Part shown: positions 12,165 through 25,902 of the stretch, one piece after another | Numbering within the stretch: the first letter of the stretch is position 1 | Layout of the letters: each line of letters starts with the position of its first letter | Assembly: GCA_951406725.2 (NCBI GenBank) | Contig: OX597814.1 | Location: forward strand, 81,840,001-81,904,000 | Reading direction: 5' to 3' | From: Octopus vulgaris | Taxonomy: Eukaryota | DNA length: 64,000 bases | Made by a program: the position numbers and the translations under genes | Notes under the pieces: generated by a model | Told to the model about the DNA's origin: nothing | Seen by the model: the letters and a program-made list of their open reading frames with translations, nothing else | The model's database searches: none

Positions 12165-12420
12165 AAAATTACCCAAATTTCCTAACTTTAATTCCAAATA
12201 ACACCAATTACGAGATAAAGTAATTGGTTGATAAACCAAAATTGAAAGCAATCTGAGCAAAATTAATTGGGGCTCATTTTGCAAATGAGAAAGAGTAGAT
12301 CCGAAGAATATTCAGCCGACTACACGTTAATTTCACAAGAAGGAATCAAGGCGGTTGAACAACTGAATGTTCGTTTTTGAGAATTAAGGAAGATCAACTA
12401 AACGAGTGTGTGTGTGTATG

Positions 12421-12429
12421 AGAAAGAGA

Positions 12430-12503
<74 letters not shown>
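12421..12503. repeat. (GA)n microsatellite
   Basis: Directly visible. Confidence 0.95.
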
Positions 12504-12509
<6 letters not shown>

Positions 12510-13486
12510 ATAAAAAGTGAAAGGAGTGATATTCAGTATCGATGCACTGTACTAGCATGTTCTATCCCATACTAAAAGATGTAAAATCCTACAATACACT
12601 ACCCTATACTTTTTTATTACCCAGCCGTCATCCGCTTCATAGAAAGAACGATAGGTAAGTTAGTATTACCATAATATGTGTAGTGAGCATAAAAAGTATC
12701 GAACTAGAAGTAACTTTGCTGTAAGTGAAAGAAATATTAGTCAATAAGTAATAATATTTTAAATATCTTGTTACGGAAGACACCTCCGGTTATCTTATTA
12801 CACTTCCTCAGCGAATCATAGAATTCACTGTGCTTGATGAAGTATTACTTGACAGAGTTACTTAGTTTTATATACAATATTTGTAAATGAGAAGTCGTGA
12901 AAATTAAGCCTATTTTAATGGGATGAATTATTTAGAGATGTCATATAAATGAAAATGACTATTGCATTAAAAGGCTATGTATAAATAAATAACCGTTAAA
13001 TTAATAGCCATTAAATGTCTGTTGTATTAAATGACTATTGTATTAAAAGCCGTTAAATGATTGTTGTATTAATTAATAGCTGTTAAGTGGCTTTGGTATT
13101 ATTAGCTATTAAATGACTTCTATATTATATGATAACCACTGAATAACTATTGTTAAAACAATAGCTATTAATTTATTATTTTATTCAGATGCTACCTAAC
13201 TGGAAAAAAAAGTAATCGTTAAAATGCTAATTAGAAATGATTATGGAGGTATTCTCTTGATCAATATATTCTACACCTTAAGTTGGCGAGTTGGCAGAAA
13301 CGTTAGCACGTTAGTACGTACGTATGTATGTATGTATGTATGTATGTATGTATGTATGTATGTATGTATGTATGTATGTATGTATGTTTGCATGTATGTA
13401 TGTATGCATGCATGTACGTGTGTGTATATGTATATACATACACAAATATATATAGTTTAATGTCCAATATTTCATGCGATGTATGC

Positions 13487-13583
<97 letters not shown>

Positions 13584-14179
13584 TATATGGATGGATGTAT
13601 ATAAGACATTATCTGTCTAGTTATCAAATGATAAACTGATGCCAAAAGTATATTCTAAAACAATCAACATTAAACCCCCTATACCAACTCATTCACTATC
13701 ATTTGCGTTTATATGTTTCACAGTAGCCAAGCAAATTTTGCCAATGACGTTCGCCATATTGCTTTTTCTATATATTCAAAAAGCCATCTGCCACATAGCC
13801 CAGGCAACTCCTTCTCCATTCGTACTTATATATGAATAATCTTTTATGTCTTGCTCATCACCAGTATCTTTTTCTTCACTAGCCTGACCACAATACTGCC
13901 TAATTACATCTTAAAAACGGATGGGATAGCTGCTAACTCTGTCCAGCAGTAACCCATCATCCTTGTCTCGCTTTATTTCTCCTTATTTCTCATTCAAGTG
14001 TCTACAATTGAAATAACTGCGAAGCCATTCGTGTGATCGTGTCACTTCAGACTGATTACATTCCCATTCGTTGTTTCTTCGTCTGTTCCTTTTTATTAAA
14101 CGATTTTGCAGAGATACATAAGTACCACACAAAAACAGGGTAGATGGATATTATATATGTATATTGTTTTATTCATTTA

Positions 14180-14394
14180 TTCTTTTATTTGTTTCAGACA
14201 TTTGAATGCGGCCATGCTGGAGCACCGATTTTAGTGGAACAATCGACCCCAGGACTTATCCTTTGTAAGCCTAGTATTTATTCTATCGGTCTCTGTTGCC
14301 GAAACGGTAGTTACGGGGACATAAATACATCAACATCGGTTGTCAAGCGATGGTGGGGGACAAACATAGACACACAGACATACACACACGCACG

Positions 14395-14488
<94 letters not shown>

Positions 14489-14590
14489 CGACGGGATTCT
14501 TTCGGTTTCCGTCTACCAAATCTACTCACAAGGCTTTGGTCGACCCGAGGCCATAGTAGAAGACACTTGCCAAGGTGCCAAGCAGTGGGT
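14180..14590 (-). mobile_element. tRNA-derived SINE family A (CORE-like central motif, internal CA/TA microsatellite)
   Basis: Same body as 18865-19292 and 47195-47652; the minus strand contains caccttggcaagtgtcttctact. Confidence 0.8.
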
Positions 14591-14869
14591 CTGTCTATTA
14601 TATATATATATTGTATGTATGTATGTATGTATGTATGTATGTATGTATGTATGTATGTATGTATGTATGTTTGTATGTATGTATGGAAGCAACTGTCTTT
14701 GAAAACTCATATTGTCATTGAATGCTCGAAATAAGGAGTAGATTGGCAGCCGACAACTGATGAGGGGTCCTTTCTTTGTGTTTACTTGTCCTGTTTTCCA
14801 TTTTTTCTCTCGTTGTTTACGTATTTCATGCTGCTTGCACAGTTTGTACCCATGTACCCATATATGCAT

Positions 14870-15000
14870 ATATGATGGTTGCCCTTTCGTTATCGAGTAT
14901 GGTTATTGCACGAGGCTTAACTGTTAACGGTACTGTGATCGAACGAGAATTTTTAGCCCAGCTAAAGATCTACAATGTCTTGTACAGAATTGGCAGGGAC
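14870..15000. repeat. Unclassified interspersed repeat, second copy at 63750-63875
   Basis: gttatcgagtatgg...gctaaagatctacaatgtcttg.acagaattggcag is present at both sites. Confidence 0.7.
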
Positions 15001-15214
15001 AACTGAAGAAGGGGAATATTCCTTGTGTTGTGTGTCTTGTACTCTGTTTTCTCGTTGTTTGAAAAAAAGTTAGTTTCCATGTTTTTGTTTTCATGTTTCC
15101 GTTTCTCATTGTGTTCAACGTTTTTTTGTGTCCTGTACCCATATATGCGCGATGGATATATTGTCGCCATTTTCCATTTTATATTATCGCGCATGCGCAT
15201 CGTTTGTTTTTGAT

Positions 15215-16404
15215 TTTGCCGACTACACAGTATAATACATTCAGTTGGGCATCGTCTGTGAGAAAAACAACACCATGACGCAATTCATACTGCCAGAAAT
15301 TTGGAAACTACATTCGCGCCGGAAGCTCCAATATGAACATTTCAGAGTATTTGGTTGTCAATCTAAGGACAGTGCAGAAGATTCGGAAAGAGTTGGATGG
15401 GTCTAATGGTGATTACGGAGGTACGGTAGCTCGGAAAAGTCACTCTAATCGTTCTGATAAGAAAAGAACTCTTGAATTTGTTGGTGAGATCCCGGCCATG
15501 ATTAAGAAACCATCCCTCCAAGTCAATCAAGTCCATCGCCAGGTACATGGGAATGCTTGAGTTTCTTATCAGGCAGGTAGTGCATGAAGACATAAGGTAT
15601 TCCTCATACAAGATCAGAAAGGGCCAATTTTCATTTCAAGCGCTACGGAGCTTTTGAACAAACTCAAACATCCCCTCCAACCTAACATGCTTTGTTTTTT
15701 CTCAGACGTAAAAATTTTCTGCCAGGATCAGATACTGAACACAGAGAACAACCGTTGGCTTGCAGTGCCCCCAAAACATGTACCGAGAGTGAAAAAAAAT
15801 CAAGCATCCAGTCAACATGATGGTGTTTGGAGTGATCATTAAGGATGGCGACATTATGTCTCTATTCGTCTTACCACATGGCTTCAGACTCAACACGGAG
15901 GCTTACATCAAGTGCCTGGCGGAGACAGTGCTTCCCTGGGTCAAGTGGGTGGCTGCTGGAAGATATTATATCTGGCAACAAGACTGCACCATGTCACACA
16001 AGCAGGAGAAACCAGTCCTGGCTGCCAGACAATTTCTGCGACCACATCAGCCTTAACATCTGTCCACCTAACTCCTCAGACTGCGACCCTCTTGATTATT
16101 ATATGTGAGGCGCAGTTGGGCGGAAACCAACAAAACTCCTTTTAACACTAAAGATGAACTGAAGGCAAGGGTTATGGTAACATTTATCAACTTAAACAAG
16201 GAGACCGTCCAGAAGAGTTGCAGGAGATTGCGAAGTTGTATGGAGGCCGTGATTGAAGACAATGGCAATTTTATTGAATAAATTTACTTTTTAGCATTTC
16301 AAGATAATTTAATGTAACATTGGTAAATATATCTGTTAAAATGAGATGTCAGTCTTATTTTTATTCTTGCGTAATTTAGACGACAATTTATTCACCGCAC
16401 CCTG
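15215..16404 (+). mobile_element. Decayed maT (DD37D) Tc1/mariner transposon
   Basis: Frameshifted transposase: FFSD, MMVFGVI, WQQD...APCHTSRRNQSWLPDNF...PPNSSDCDPLDYY, with 37 residues between the last two Asp positions. The 3' TIR reads CAGGGTGCGGTGAATAAATTGTCG on the reverse strand, flanked by TA. Confidence 0.88.
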
Positions 16405-16414
16405 TATGTGTGTG

Positions 16415-16462
<48 letters not shown>

Positions 16463-17091
16463 CATACATACATACATACATACATACATACATACATACA
16501 TACATACATACATACATACATACATACGTACATACATACATATATATGTGTGTGTGTGTGTATTTGTTTCTATATATATATATACAAATTTTTATGTTTG
16601 TATATGTTTGTATATGTTTGTATGTAAGTATGTATGTTTGATGAACACTTCCGCCGATTTCGAGGAATGAAACTCCAGTAATATGTTCAATCAACTGGAT
16701 AATAATTAAATTGCGGCTGTTTATTCCACAGGTACGTGTACCCTTAATGTAATCAATTTACATGTAGAATCAAGGTGACACATATGCGATAACGTTGGTG
16801 TCTAACTTACGTTTTAGTCCATTCAACGGGATCCAACGCAGTGAATGTAAACCTAATTTCTTTCAGTTGTGTTAGGTCTACGGCCAAAACGTCACGCAAG
16901 TAGATCGAATTAGGATTCTAGTTGCAAAGTGAAATCCTGAGCAACACTGTATTTCCTGTATATATTACACACACACACACACACGCTCACACGTATGTAC
17001 AACATATACATATAGTAGTAACTCCAGTTTTCTGAAGCTGTTTAACAGATTGGAAACTTGCTTCTCTGAGATTGGTCAAGTGATGGTGACA

Positions 17092-17134
17092 CCTCTGACG
17101 AGAATCCGGTAGGGGTCGAAAAATCAATTAAAGG
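17092..17134 (+). ncRNA. Degenerate hammerhead motif
   Basis: CCT-CTGACGA-GAATCC-GGTA-GGGGTC-GAAA-AATCAATTA-AAGG. Confidence 0.4.
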
Positions 17135-17247
17135 CTGTTCATTTTTTCTCCCTTATGAGAAATAATTAACTTTCACATATTTGTGTGTCTACAACATAGA
17201 TTTACACACACGCGCGCACGCACACATACACATGTATACAAACATAT

Positions 17248-17278
<31 letters not shown>

Positions 17279-17300
17279 CATACATACATACATACGTATA

Positions 17301-17361
<61 letters not shown>

Positions 17362-17573
17362 CAACAATTGAGGGTAAAATTAATTAATTATTAATCAATT
17401 TCACCAAGTGTTCAGTATGCAAAGGGACCATTTAAGGCGAATTCAAATTATTACATTATATAAAAGGGCTTAGTAAAATAAATTACTTTGCCGCATACTG
17501 AACTCATTAGAAATAGCAGCTAAAAAACTTTTTTAAAACTATTTCTAATACTATTATATATATATATATATAA

Positions 17574-18250
17574 AGTTAATCCAAACAAGAAAACAAAAAA
17601 CAACAACGCAAGGATGTGGAACAAATAAAGTATTATTGGACGCTCAGGACTGGGCTTGCAAAAAAAGAATAAGTCCCGGGGTCGAGTTGCTCGATTAAAG
17701 GCGGTGCTCCAGCATGGCCGCAGTCAAATGACTGAAACAAGTAAAAAGAGTAAAGAGTATATATATATAGTCATTTGACTGCGGCCATGCTGGAGCACCG
17801 CCTTTAATCGAGCAACTCGACCCCGGGACTTATTCTTTTTTTGCAAGCCCAGTACTTATTCTATCGGTGTCTTTTGCCGAACCGCTAAGTAACGGGGACA
17901 TAAACACACCAGCATCGGTTGTCAAGCAATGCTAAGGGGACAAACACAGATACACAGGCATATGTGTGTTGGAGTGTGTGTGTACGTACGTGCGCGCGCT
18001 CGTGTATGTGTGTGTGTGTGTGCGTATGTATATAAGCACGTTTATATATATATTTATATATATATATAGTTAATCCAAACAAGAAAACACAGAAAAAAAG
18101 AGAAAAAAACACAACAACGCAGGACGTGGAACAATTAAAGTATTATTGACGCTCAGGAAAGAAGGGAAGGAGGGTTTAACGTTTCGAGCGGAGCTCTTCG
18201 TCGGAAACAAGGAGAAGGAAAGATCCCAAGAAGGGAAGACAGAGGAAAAA
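17574..18250. mobile_element. Composite: two PLE-terminus copies (17574-17648, 18068-18250) enclosing an inverted-duplicated SINE A tail
   Basis: gttaatccaaacaagaaaac... matches 1454; 17649-17733 is the exact reverse complement of 17769-17853. Confidence 0.75.
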
Positions 18251-18293
18251 ATATTTTAGCTGGTGGTGCTCAAGAGATCACATCAAACAAGAG

Positions 18294-18344
<51 letters not shown>

Positions 18345-18357
18345 TTACATATTGTAT

Positions 18358-18770
18358 TTTGGGATGGTCATTTCTATTTTTTTTGCCAAATAAAAATATG
18401 CAGTATATATTCGTTCTTCACTCATTTATTCCTATCCTTATTCTAACTCATGTCCATTGTCCGAAAATCTTTCGTCACACATTTGTGACCTCTGCAGCGA
18501 CACTTTCCGTCTTCGTATCTGATTTTGCTCTGCTTATTCCATTCTGTTGGAATAAGCAGAACAAGAGCACACACGAAGATGGAAAGTGTCGCAGATGTGT
18601 GACAAAAGATTTTCGGACAATGTACATGAGTTAGAATAAGGACAGGAATAAATGAGTGAAGAACGAATATATACTGCATGTTTTTATTTGGGTAAAAAAA
18701 AAAGACCATCCCAAATTCAACACATGACTTCACATCAGGAATCTTGCAACACAAATTCTTAAATGTATAT
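18358..18770. mobile_element. Fold-back hammerhead-bearing element (family shared with 47685-48025)
   Basis: Arms 18358-18540 and 18549-18716 are inverted. The minus strand has GTCG-CTGCAGA-G-GTCAC-AAATGT-GTGAC-GAAA-GATTTTC-GGACA. Confidence 0.7.
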
Positions 18771-18864
18771 ACTTACAGATATCTAAAATATATAAGTATA
18801 TGAAATACAGATATATATAATATATAATATATAATATATAATATATAATATATATACGCACATA

Positions 18865-19101
18865 CTCTTTTACTCTTTTACTTGTTTCAGTCATTTGACT
18901 GCGGCCATGCTGGAGCACCGCCTTTAGTCGAGCAAATCGACCCCAGGACTTATTCTTTGTAAGCCTAGAACTTATTCTATCGGTCTATTTTGCCGAACCG
19001 CTAAGTTACGGGGGCGTAAACACACCAGCATCGGTTGTCAATCGATGTTGGGGGACAAACACAGACGCACAAACATACACACACACACACACACAGACGC
19101 A

Positions 19102-19155
<54 letters not shown>

Positions 19156-19292
19156 CGACGGGTTTCTTTCAGTTTTCGTCTACCAAATCTACTCACAAGG
19201 CTTTGGTCGGCCCGAGGCTATAGTAGAAGACACTTGCCCAATGTGCCACGCAGTGGGACTGAACCCGGAGCCATGTGGTTGGTAAGCAAACT
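18865..19292 (-). mobile_element. tRNA-derived SINE family A, near full length
   Basis: tRNA-like head (...gggttcagtcccactgcg), CORE-like ttgggcaagtgtcttc, internal (TA)(TG)n, and tail ...gactgaaacaagtaaaagagtaaaagag. Confidence 0.85.
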
Positions 19293-19499
19293 ACATATAT
19301 ATATTTATATATACTCTTTTTTTCTCTCTATCTATCAATCTATCGATCGATCGATCTATCCATCTATCTATTTATCTATCTATTACCCTATTTCCCTTTG
19401 TGTGTGTGTGTGTATACGTATATATGTATACATATACATATATTTACATAATGTTTATACACACATACATACATATATAAACATATACATACATATATT

Positions 19500-19665
19500 T
19501 TTGTCTGTGTGTTTGTCTTCCCTCTATCGCTTGACAACCGATGTTAGTGTGTTTACATCCTCATAACTTCATGGTTCGGCAAAAGAGACCGACAGAAAAA
19601 GTACTAGGCTTACAAAGACTAAGTCCTGGGGGGCGATTTGCTCGACTAAAGGCGGTGCTCCAGCA

Positions 19666-19666
<1 letters not shown>
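19500..19666 (+). mobile_element. SINE family A, 3' body
   Basis: cgcttgacaaccgatg...aggcggtgctccagcatg matches the family body. Confidence 0.75.
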
Positions 19667-19702
<36 letters not shown>

Positions 19703-20259
19703 TATATATTAAACAAACTGAGATAACAAATCCAAGGCTGTGAGTAGTTTTCAGGACACGTATAAGGAAAAAGATATAGTCGGTCAATTCAAGGATATCT
19801 TATCCTCATTAGCGATTAATAAATCCAAAATTTCGCTGGCCTAATCTCCATCACAATAGAAGGATTTTCTACGTTGTGTTATGGATTATTATGATAATTA
19901 AAACTGATAATGTAAAAAAATGAAGAGTTAAAGATGCATAGTTAACTTATTTGCATCATAATTTGTTTTTAAGATATAAATACAAATAAATTTTGAAAAA
20001 ACACAATAAGAGACTCTAAAAACCTACATATGTTTCCAGTCTACCCCTTACAGAGATTCTATTCCTTACAACTTAAATTCTTAACATTGGATTTATCCCA
20101 AATGCCTCGAATTATGAGGCCAGAGTCGAAACATATGTAGGTGTTTTGAGTCTTCTATTATGTTTTTTAAAAAAATTATTAGTATTTATATCTTAAAAAC
20201 AAACTATGATGCAAATAAATCAACTATACTTCCTCAACTCTTACATTATTACATTATTA

Positions 20260-20409
<150 letters not shown>

Positions 20410-20410
20410 T

Positions 20411-20454
<44 letters not shown>

Positions 20455-21419
20455 GGAGAGAGAGAGGAAAGTGAGGGAATGAACTGATTTTGTGGTAACA
20501 CAAAATTATGTGTACTTATAAGAAAATAATATTTTGACAACAATAAAGAGAACTCCATCAACAACGGCAACAAATATCGACAACAACACCAACAACAATG
20601 ACTGCTCGCCACCAGGATCACCACAACAGCTGAAATGACGACAGTATTGTCACCAATAATGACACTAACATCTCACACCACCACCAATAATGATGACAAC
20701 AACAAAAATGATGATTTTCTTACCAGGATTGACAGCAGCAACAACCCAGAAACACGACGCCGACGACTACACCCCCACTAATAATAACTATCAACCCCAC
20801 CAATAACAACAACAACAACAAACAAACAAGCAAACAACAACCGCATCAGCTACAATCACAATAACATAGGCAACAACCACCTTGACCAACACCTGTAACA
20901 CCATCATCATCAATAACAACGACACCCACAACGACGGCGACAACGACGCACGATATTAGCAATAGCAAAAATCAAACGATACTGTATCAACAAGGGAGCA
21001 TTTATCGTCGCTCGACGTGCTAAAAACAGCAGTGAAATCTCACCATAATCGCACCACCACAGCCTCAAAAAAAAAAAGAAAGAAAGAAAAAAACCGGAAG
21101 ACTAGACTGAGGTAGGGGGATTCTGCTGGACCAGGGTTGACTTGGGTCAAAAATAAACAAACGATCAAATAAGGATAAATAGAAGCAACAAGAAACAAGT
21201 GGGAAGATTTTGCGCATTCGGTCAACCGATTAGAAATAGTAGCCAAATCTCTATCAACTAACATTAGTCCTTAAAAAAAAAAAAAATGAAGGCTACACTA
21301 GACAATTCAGTCCGAGATACACTTATGCCTGAACATTAATAAGAAAAACTGGTCATGTATTCTTTTGATCAGCTCAGACAAATCTTAACCACTACTACCA
21401 CCACAACCAATAATAATAA

Positions 21420-21756
21420 TCCTTTCTACTAAAGGCACAAGGCCTGAAACTTGGAGAGAGGGGATAGTCGATTACATCGACCACGAAAGTCGACCTCGGC
21501 AGAATTTGAACTCAGAACGTAGCGACGGGCGAAATACCTATTTCTTTACTACCCACAAGGGGCTAAACACAGAGAGGACAAACAAGGACAGACAAACGGA
21601 TTAAGTCGATTATATCAACCCCAGTGTGTAACTGGTACTTATTTAATCGACCCCGAAAGGATGAAAGGCAAAGTCGACCTCGGCGGAATTTGAACTCAGA
21701 ACGTAGCGCGCTAAGCATTTCGCCCGGCGTGCTAACAATTCTGCCAGCTCGCCGCC

Positions 21757-21810
<54 letters not shown>

Positions 21811-21950
21811 GTAATAACAATGGTTTCAAATTTTGGCACAAGGCCAGCAAGTTTGGAGGAGGGAGTAAGTCGATTACATCGACCCCAGTGTTTAACTGGC
21901 ATTTATTTTTATCGACACGGAAAGGATGAAAAGGGAAAGGCGGAATTTAA
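21420..21950 (-). mobile_element. Cluster of tRNA-derived SINE family B copies with (AAT)n
   Basis: Minus head ggcggcgagctggcagaattgttagc...gagttcaaattcc (A/B boxes), then gcctttcatcctttcggggtcgattaaataagtacc, which resembles the Nin/Deu-type conserved SINE domain (resemblance recalled, not computed). Confidence 0.75.
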
Positions 21951-22326
21951 TATTAATAAACCTTTCTGCAATGTCTTGAAACGTTGGGGGAGGGGACTAG
22001 TCGATTACAAAGGATGAAAAGCAAGCAAAAAAAAAAGATGATAAATAATAAACATCGACAAGAGCAACAATTATACAGTAAAATGCACTGTACCTACCTT
22101 GATTATATTACTCATATATTACATATATATATATATACATTTAAACTCACTCACACACTCACATTCCATGGATTGCATAATCAGATCATATGTTAAAATA
22201 CAAGTCAGGCTTTATACTATATGCAACTGGCCTTTGATCCATAATACATGCATATATTGGAATGATGAAACGATTTGTATTCCCCTTCCTTCACTTTATA
22301 TCACCTAAGGAGGAATAATTACTGTT

Positions 22327-22565
22327 TATTCATTCATTCATTCATTCATTTATTCATTCAATCATTCATTCATGTATTCATTCATTTTTATTAATTAATT
22401 CATTCATTCATTTATTCATTCAATCATTCATTTATTCATTCAATCATTCATTCATTTATTCATTCAATCATTCATTTATTCATTCATTCATTCATTCATT
22501 TATTCATTCCTTTATTCATTCATTCAGTCATTCATTCATTCATTCATTCAATCATCCATTCATTC
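22327..22565. repeat. (TTCA)n degenerate microsatellite
   Basis: Directly visible. Confidence 0.92.
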
Positions 22566-22820
22566 GTTTTTAACACAACAGATGTCCACGGAACATGTGG
22601 TGTAGAATGTTTTCCTCTGATTTTCTCTCACTCCCTCGGAAGTCCATTTTTTAAAAATTTCCGTTTCGTTTATATTTGTTAATTTATTGATTTATTTGTT
22701 GATGTTGTCTACTCATTACACTCCAATCCTGCCCGCCAAATCTGTTCTCCATTACATGCTCTTGCATGTGATTATCAAGGACACGCCCACGCACACACGC
22801 ACACAAGCATACATCAATGA

Positions 22821-22874
<54 letters not shown>

Positions 22875-23065
22875 ATGTGTGTACATATTCATATATTTAT
22901 ATATACATGCATACATATGTATGCATATACATACATATATGCATATATATATATATATGTATATATATATATTGTAAATACAAGATATATATAAATGTAT
23001 TTAGACACATAGACACAAACACGTATATATGCAGTAGTTAGAATATCCGTTACAGTGCATTAGGT

Positions 23066-23123
<58 letters not shown>

Positions 23124-23283
23124 CGCACTTCCGAACACACACACACATATGTATTAGGTACATGCATGGCTGATTTGTTTTCGGCTCAGTCCCATTGCGT
23201 AGAACCTTGGACAAGGGGCTTTTATAGGCACGGCCAACTAATAACTTGTGTGTGGACTTGGTCGATGAAAACTGAAAATTCGT

Positions 23284-23344
<61 letters not shown>

Positions 23345-23442
23345 TAATCACCCCATTTTGAATCATATGGATAATACCATATTAAATTCTGGTGCCTTTG
23401 ACTTAAGTACCACATTCGTCTGAATCTAAATTTTACTGAACT

Positions 23443-23516
<74 letters not shown>

Positions 23517-23544
23517 TGTCTGTGTGTATGTATATATATATATA

Positions 23545-23576
<32 letters not shown>

Positions 23577-23655
23577 CGTACATATATATATATATACAAT
23601 ATATACATACATATATATAAACATAGATATATATACATATACATACATATATGTG

Positions 23656-23693
<38 letters not shown>

Positions 23694-24253
23694 CATACAT
23701 ACATGCATACGTACATACATATATATGTGTGTGTGGTCATGCGTGCGCGTATTTGTATGTTTGTGTTTGCTCCTTCTTGTTCGACAACTGGTTGGTGGTT
23801 TGTTTACATCTCTGTAACTTGGCAGTTCGGTAAAAATAAAATAAAAAATAAAAAAAAGGACCGGGGTCGATTTCTTCGACTAAACTCTTCAAGGCGGTTC
23901 CTCAGTATGACCATAATCCAATGACTGAAGCAAGTAAGAGATAAAAGAAAAATGTATATTTGCATGTATATGTGTGTGTGTATGTGTGTGTTTGTTTGTA
24001 AAAAATCTATATTAGCAAGTCGGTTGTTTCAGATGGAAAGTACTAGCTCATATCTCTAGTAAACCTATAAGGGCACTTCTTACGTGGTGATGGGTCAACC
24101 TGCAGGAAATATTCGCTACACCTACCGTAGTCCTGGATATACTGTATTCGGAAGGAAAAAGATAGGATTGTCATAGCTGGAGCGCTTGTTAATCATTGTT
24201 TCTCTAGCAGAGTCGTCATGGCTCTAAACAAGAATTTCATATTCTGGTATATG

Positions 24254-24300
<47 letters not shown>

Positions 24301-24390
24301 GTAAGTATGTATGTATGTATGTATGTATGTATGTATGTATGTATGTATGTATGTATGTATGTATGTACATATACGTATACATGCAATATA

Positions 24391-24728
24391 CAGGGTGCGC
24401 CAAATTCACTCACCAAAATATTTGACATAGTATTTATGTCCTTCTTTATCTTCTCAGTTCAGATTCTTTTATCTATAGTAGAAAGGCTTCTTCTTCTTCT
24501 TCTTCTTCTTCTTCTTCTTCTTCTTCTTCTTCTTCTTCTTCTTCTTCTTCTTCTTCTTCTTCTTCTTCTTCTTCTTCTTCTTCTTCTTCTTCTTCTTCTT
24601 GTCCATTATGTACAAGTACATATGTATTCATCATTATATTATTTATGGTAATTCAATTTTAGAAAAACTGAAGCATGTCTTCCGGAGCGTATTGAAATTA
24701 TTTTGTGCGTGACTTTTGGCCCACCCTA
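24391..24728. mobile_element. Tc1/mariner-type MITE carrying an internal (CTT)n
   Basis: TIRs CAGGGTGCGCCAAATTCACTCACCAAA and (reverse complement) TAGGGTGGGCCAAAAGTCACGCACAAA, both flanked by TA. Confidence 0.65.
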
Positions 24729-24731
24729 TAT

Positions 24732-24874
<143 letters not shown>

Positions 24875-24957
24875 ACATAATAAAAGAAGGAAAATATACC
24901 TTACAAAGTTTAAAAATATTTTACATATTTTGTTTGGCGAAATTACAATAATTTCAA

Positions 24958-24990
24958 TGTTATGATTAGCGAAAGCGAAACCGGTCGACA
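24958..24990 (+). ncRNA. Minimal type-I hammerhead motif, A3:U8 core variant
   Basis: TGTT-ATGATTA-GC-GAAA-GC-GAAA-CCGG-TC-GACA. Confidence 0.6.
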
Positions 24991-25119
24991 AACACAATAT
25001 AAAATATCTTAAAAATATAGTAAAACCATGTAAAGTGTGTACATTTTCCTTCTTTTATTTTTTATATATATTGCATTACAACGACAACGTGGGGATAATC
25101 GAAATTCCTCCCTTTGTGT

Positions 25120-25185
<66 letters not shown>

Positions 25186-25186
25186 G

Positions 25187-25275
<89 letters not shown>

Positions 25276-25362
25276 AAGGGTGGAAAGGAACACACGAGTT
25301 GATATATATGAAAAAACAAGTCAAAAATAGAAAATGCTAAGATAATTTTATAGTGAATCTTT

Positions 25363-25400
25363 CAGTACCGGTTTCGGTCATTTTGAGACCTTTTCAACTG
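25363..25400 (-). ncRNA. Minimal type-I hammerhead, U3:A8 variant (inverted pLTR copy)
   Basis: Reverse complement of 27111-27148. Confidence 0.65.
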
Positions 25401-25902
25401 TAACGATTAAATAATTAAATTTAGAAAAATTAGAAGAAAAGTTTTTTTAAAAGAATATTTCTGTAGTAGTGTTCAGATATAAGTAGCATTCTGCCTTTCT
25501 CTGACTCCCTTGTTTGCACTTGTGTGTTCGAGGTCGTTTTGAGTTCTTGGTAGGATAGGTGAAGAATAAGCTGTCTTTTGCTTTTTATGATCGTGTGTGT
25601 TTGGAGGATTGTGTTCATTCTGTGGTCTTTTTTTAGGAGGGGTATGTTGTGGAGGATGGTGTCGAAGGCTTCGTTATTGAGAGGGTTGTGTGTGGAGATG
25701 TATGGTAAGGCTTTTGGTTGTAAGTTTTTCTTTGATTTGGGATGTCTCAGTTCCTTGATGTTAAGTTGAAGGGCACGTTGAATGCACTTGTCAATAAGTG
25801 AAGGTGGATAGTTCCTGGTGATAAGAGTATCTTTTAGTTCTTGTAGTCGTGTGTCTCTGGTGTTTGCATTAGAGACTATAGTGCATATAGTGCATATCCT
25901 TT

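Noticed and set aside
12950-13180. CRISPR-like spaced repeats (atgactattg.attaaa)
   Set aside because: Degenerate AT-rich minisatellite in eukaryotic DNA; no constant repeat, unique spacers or cas genes.
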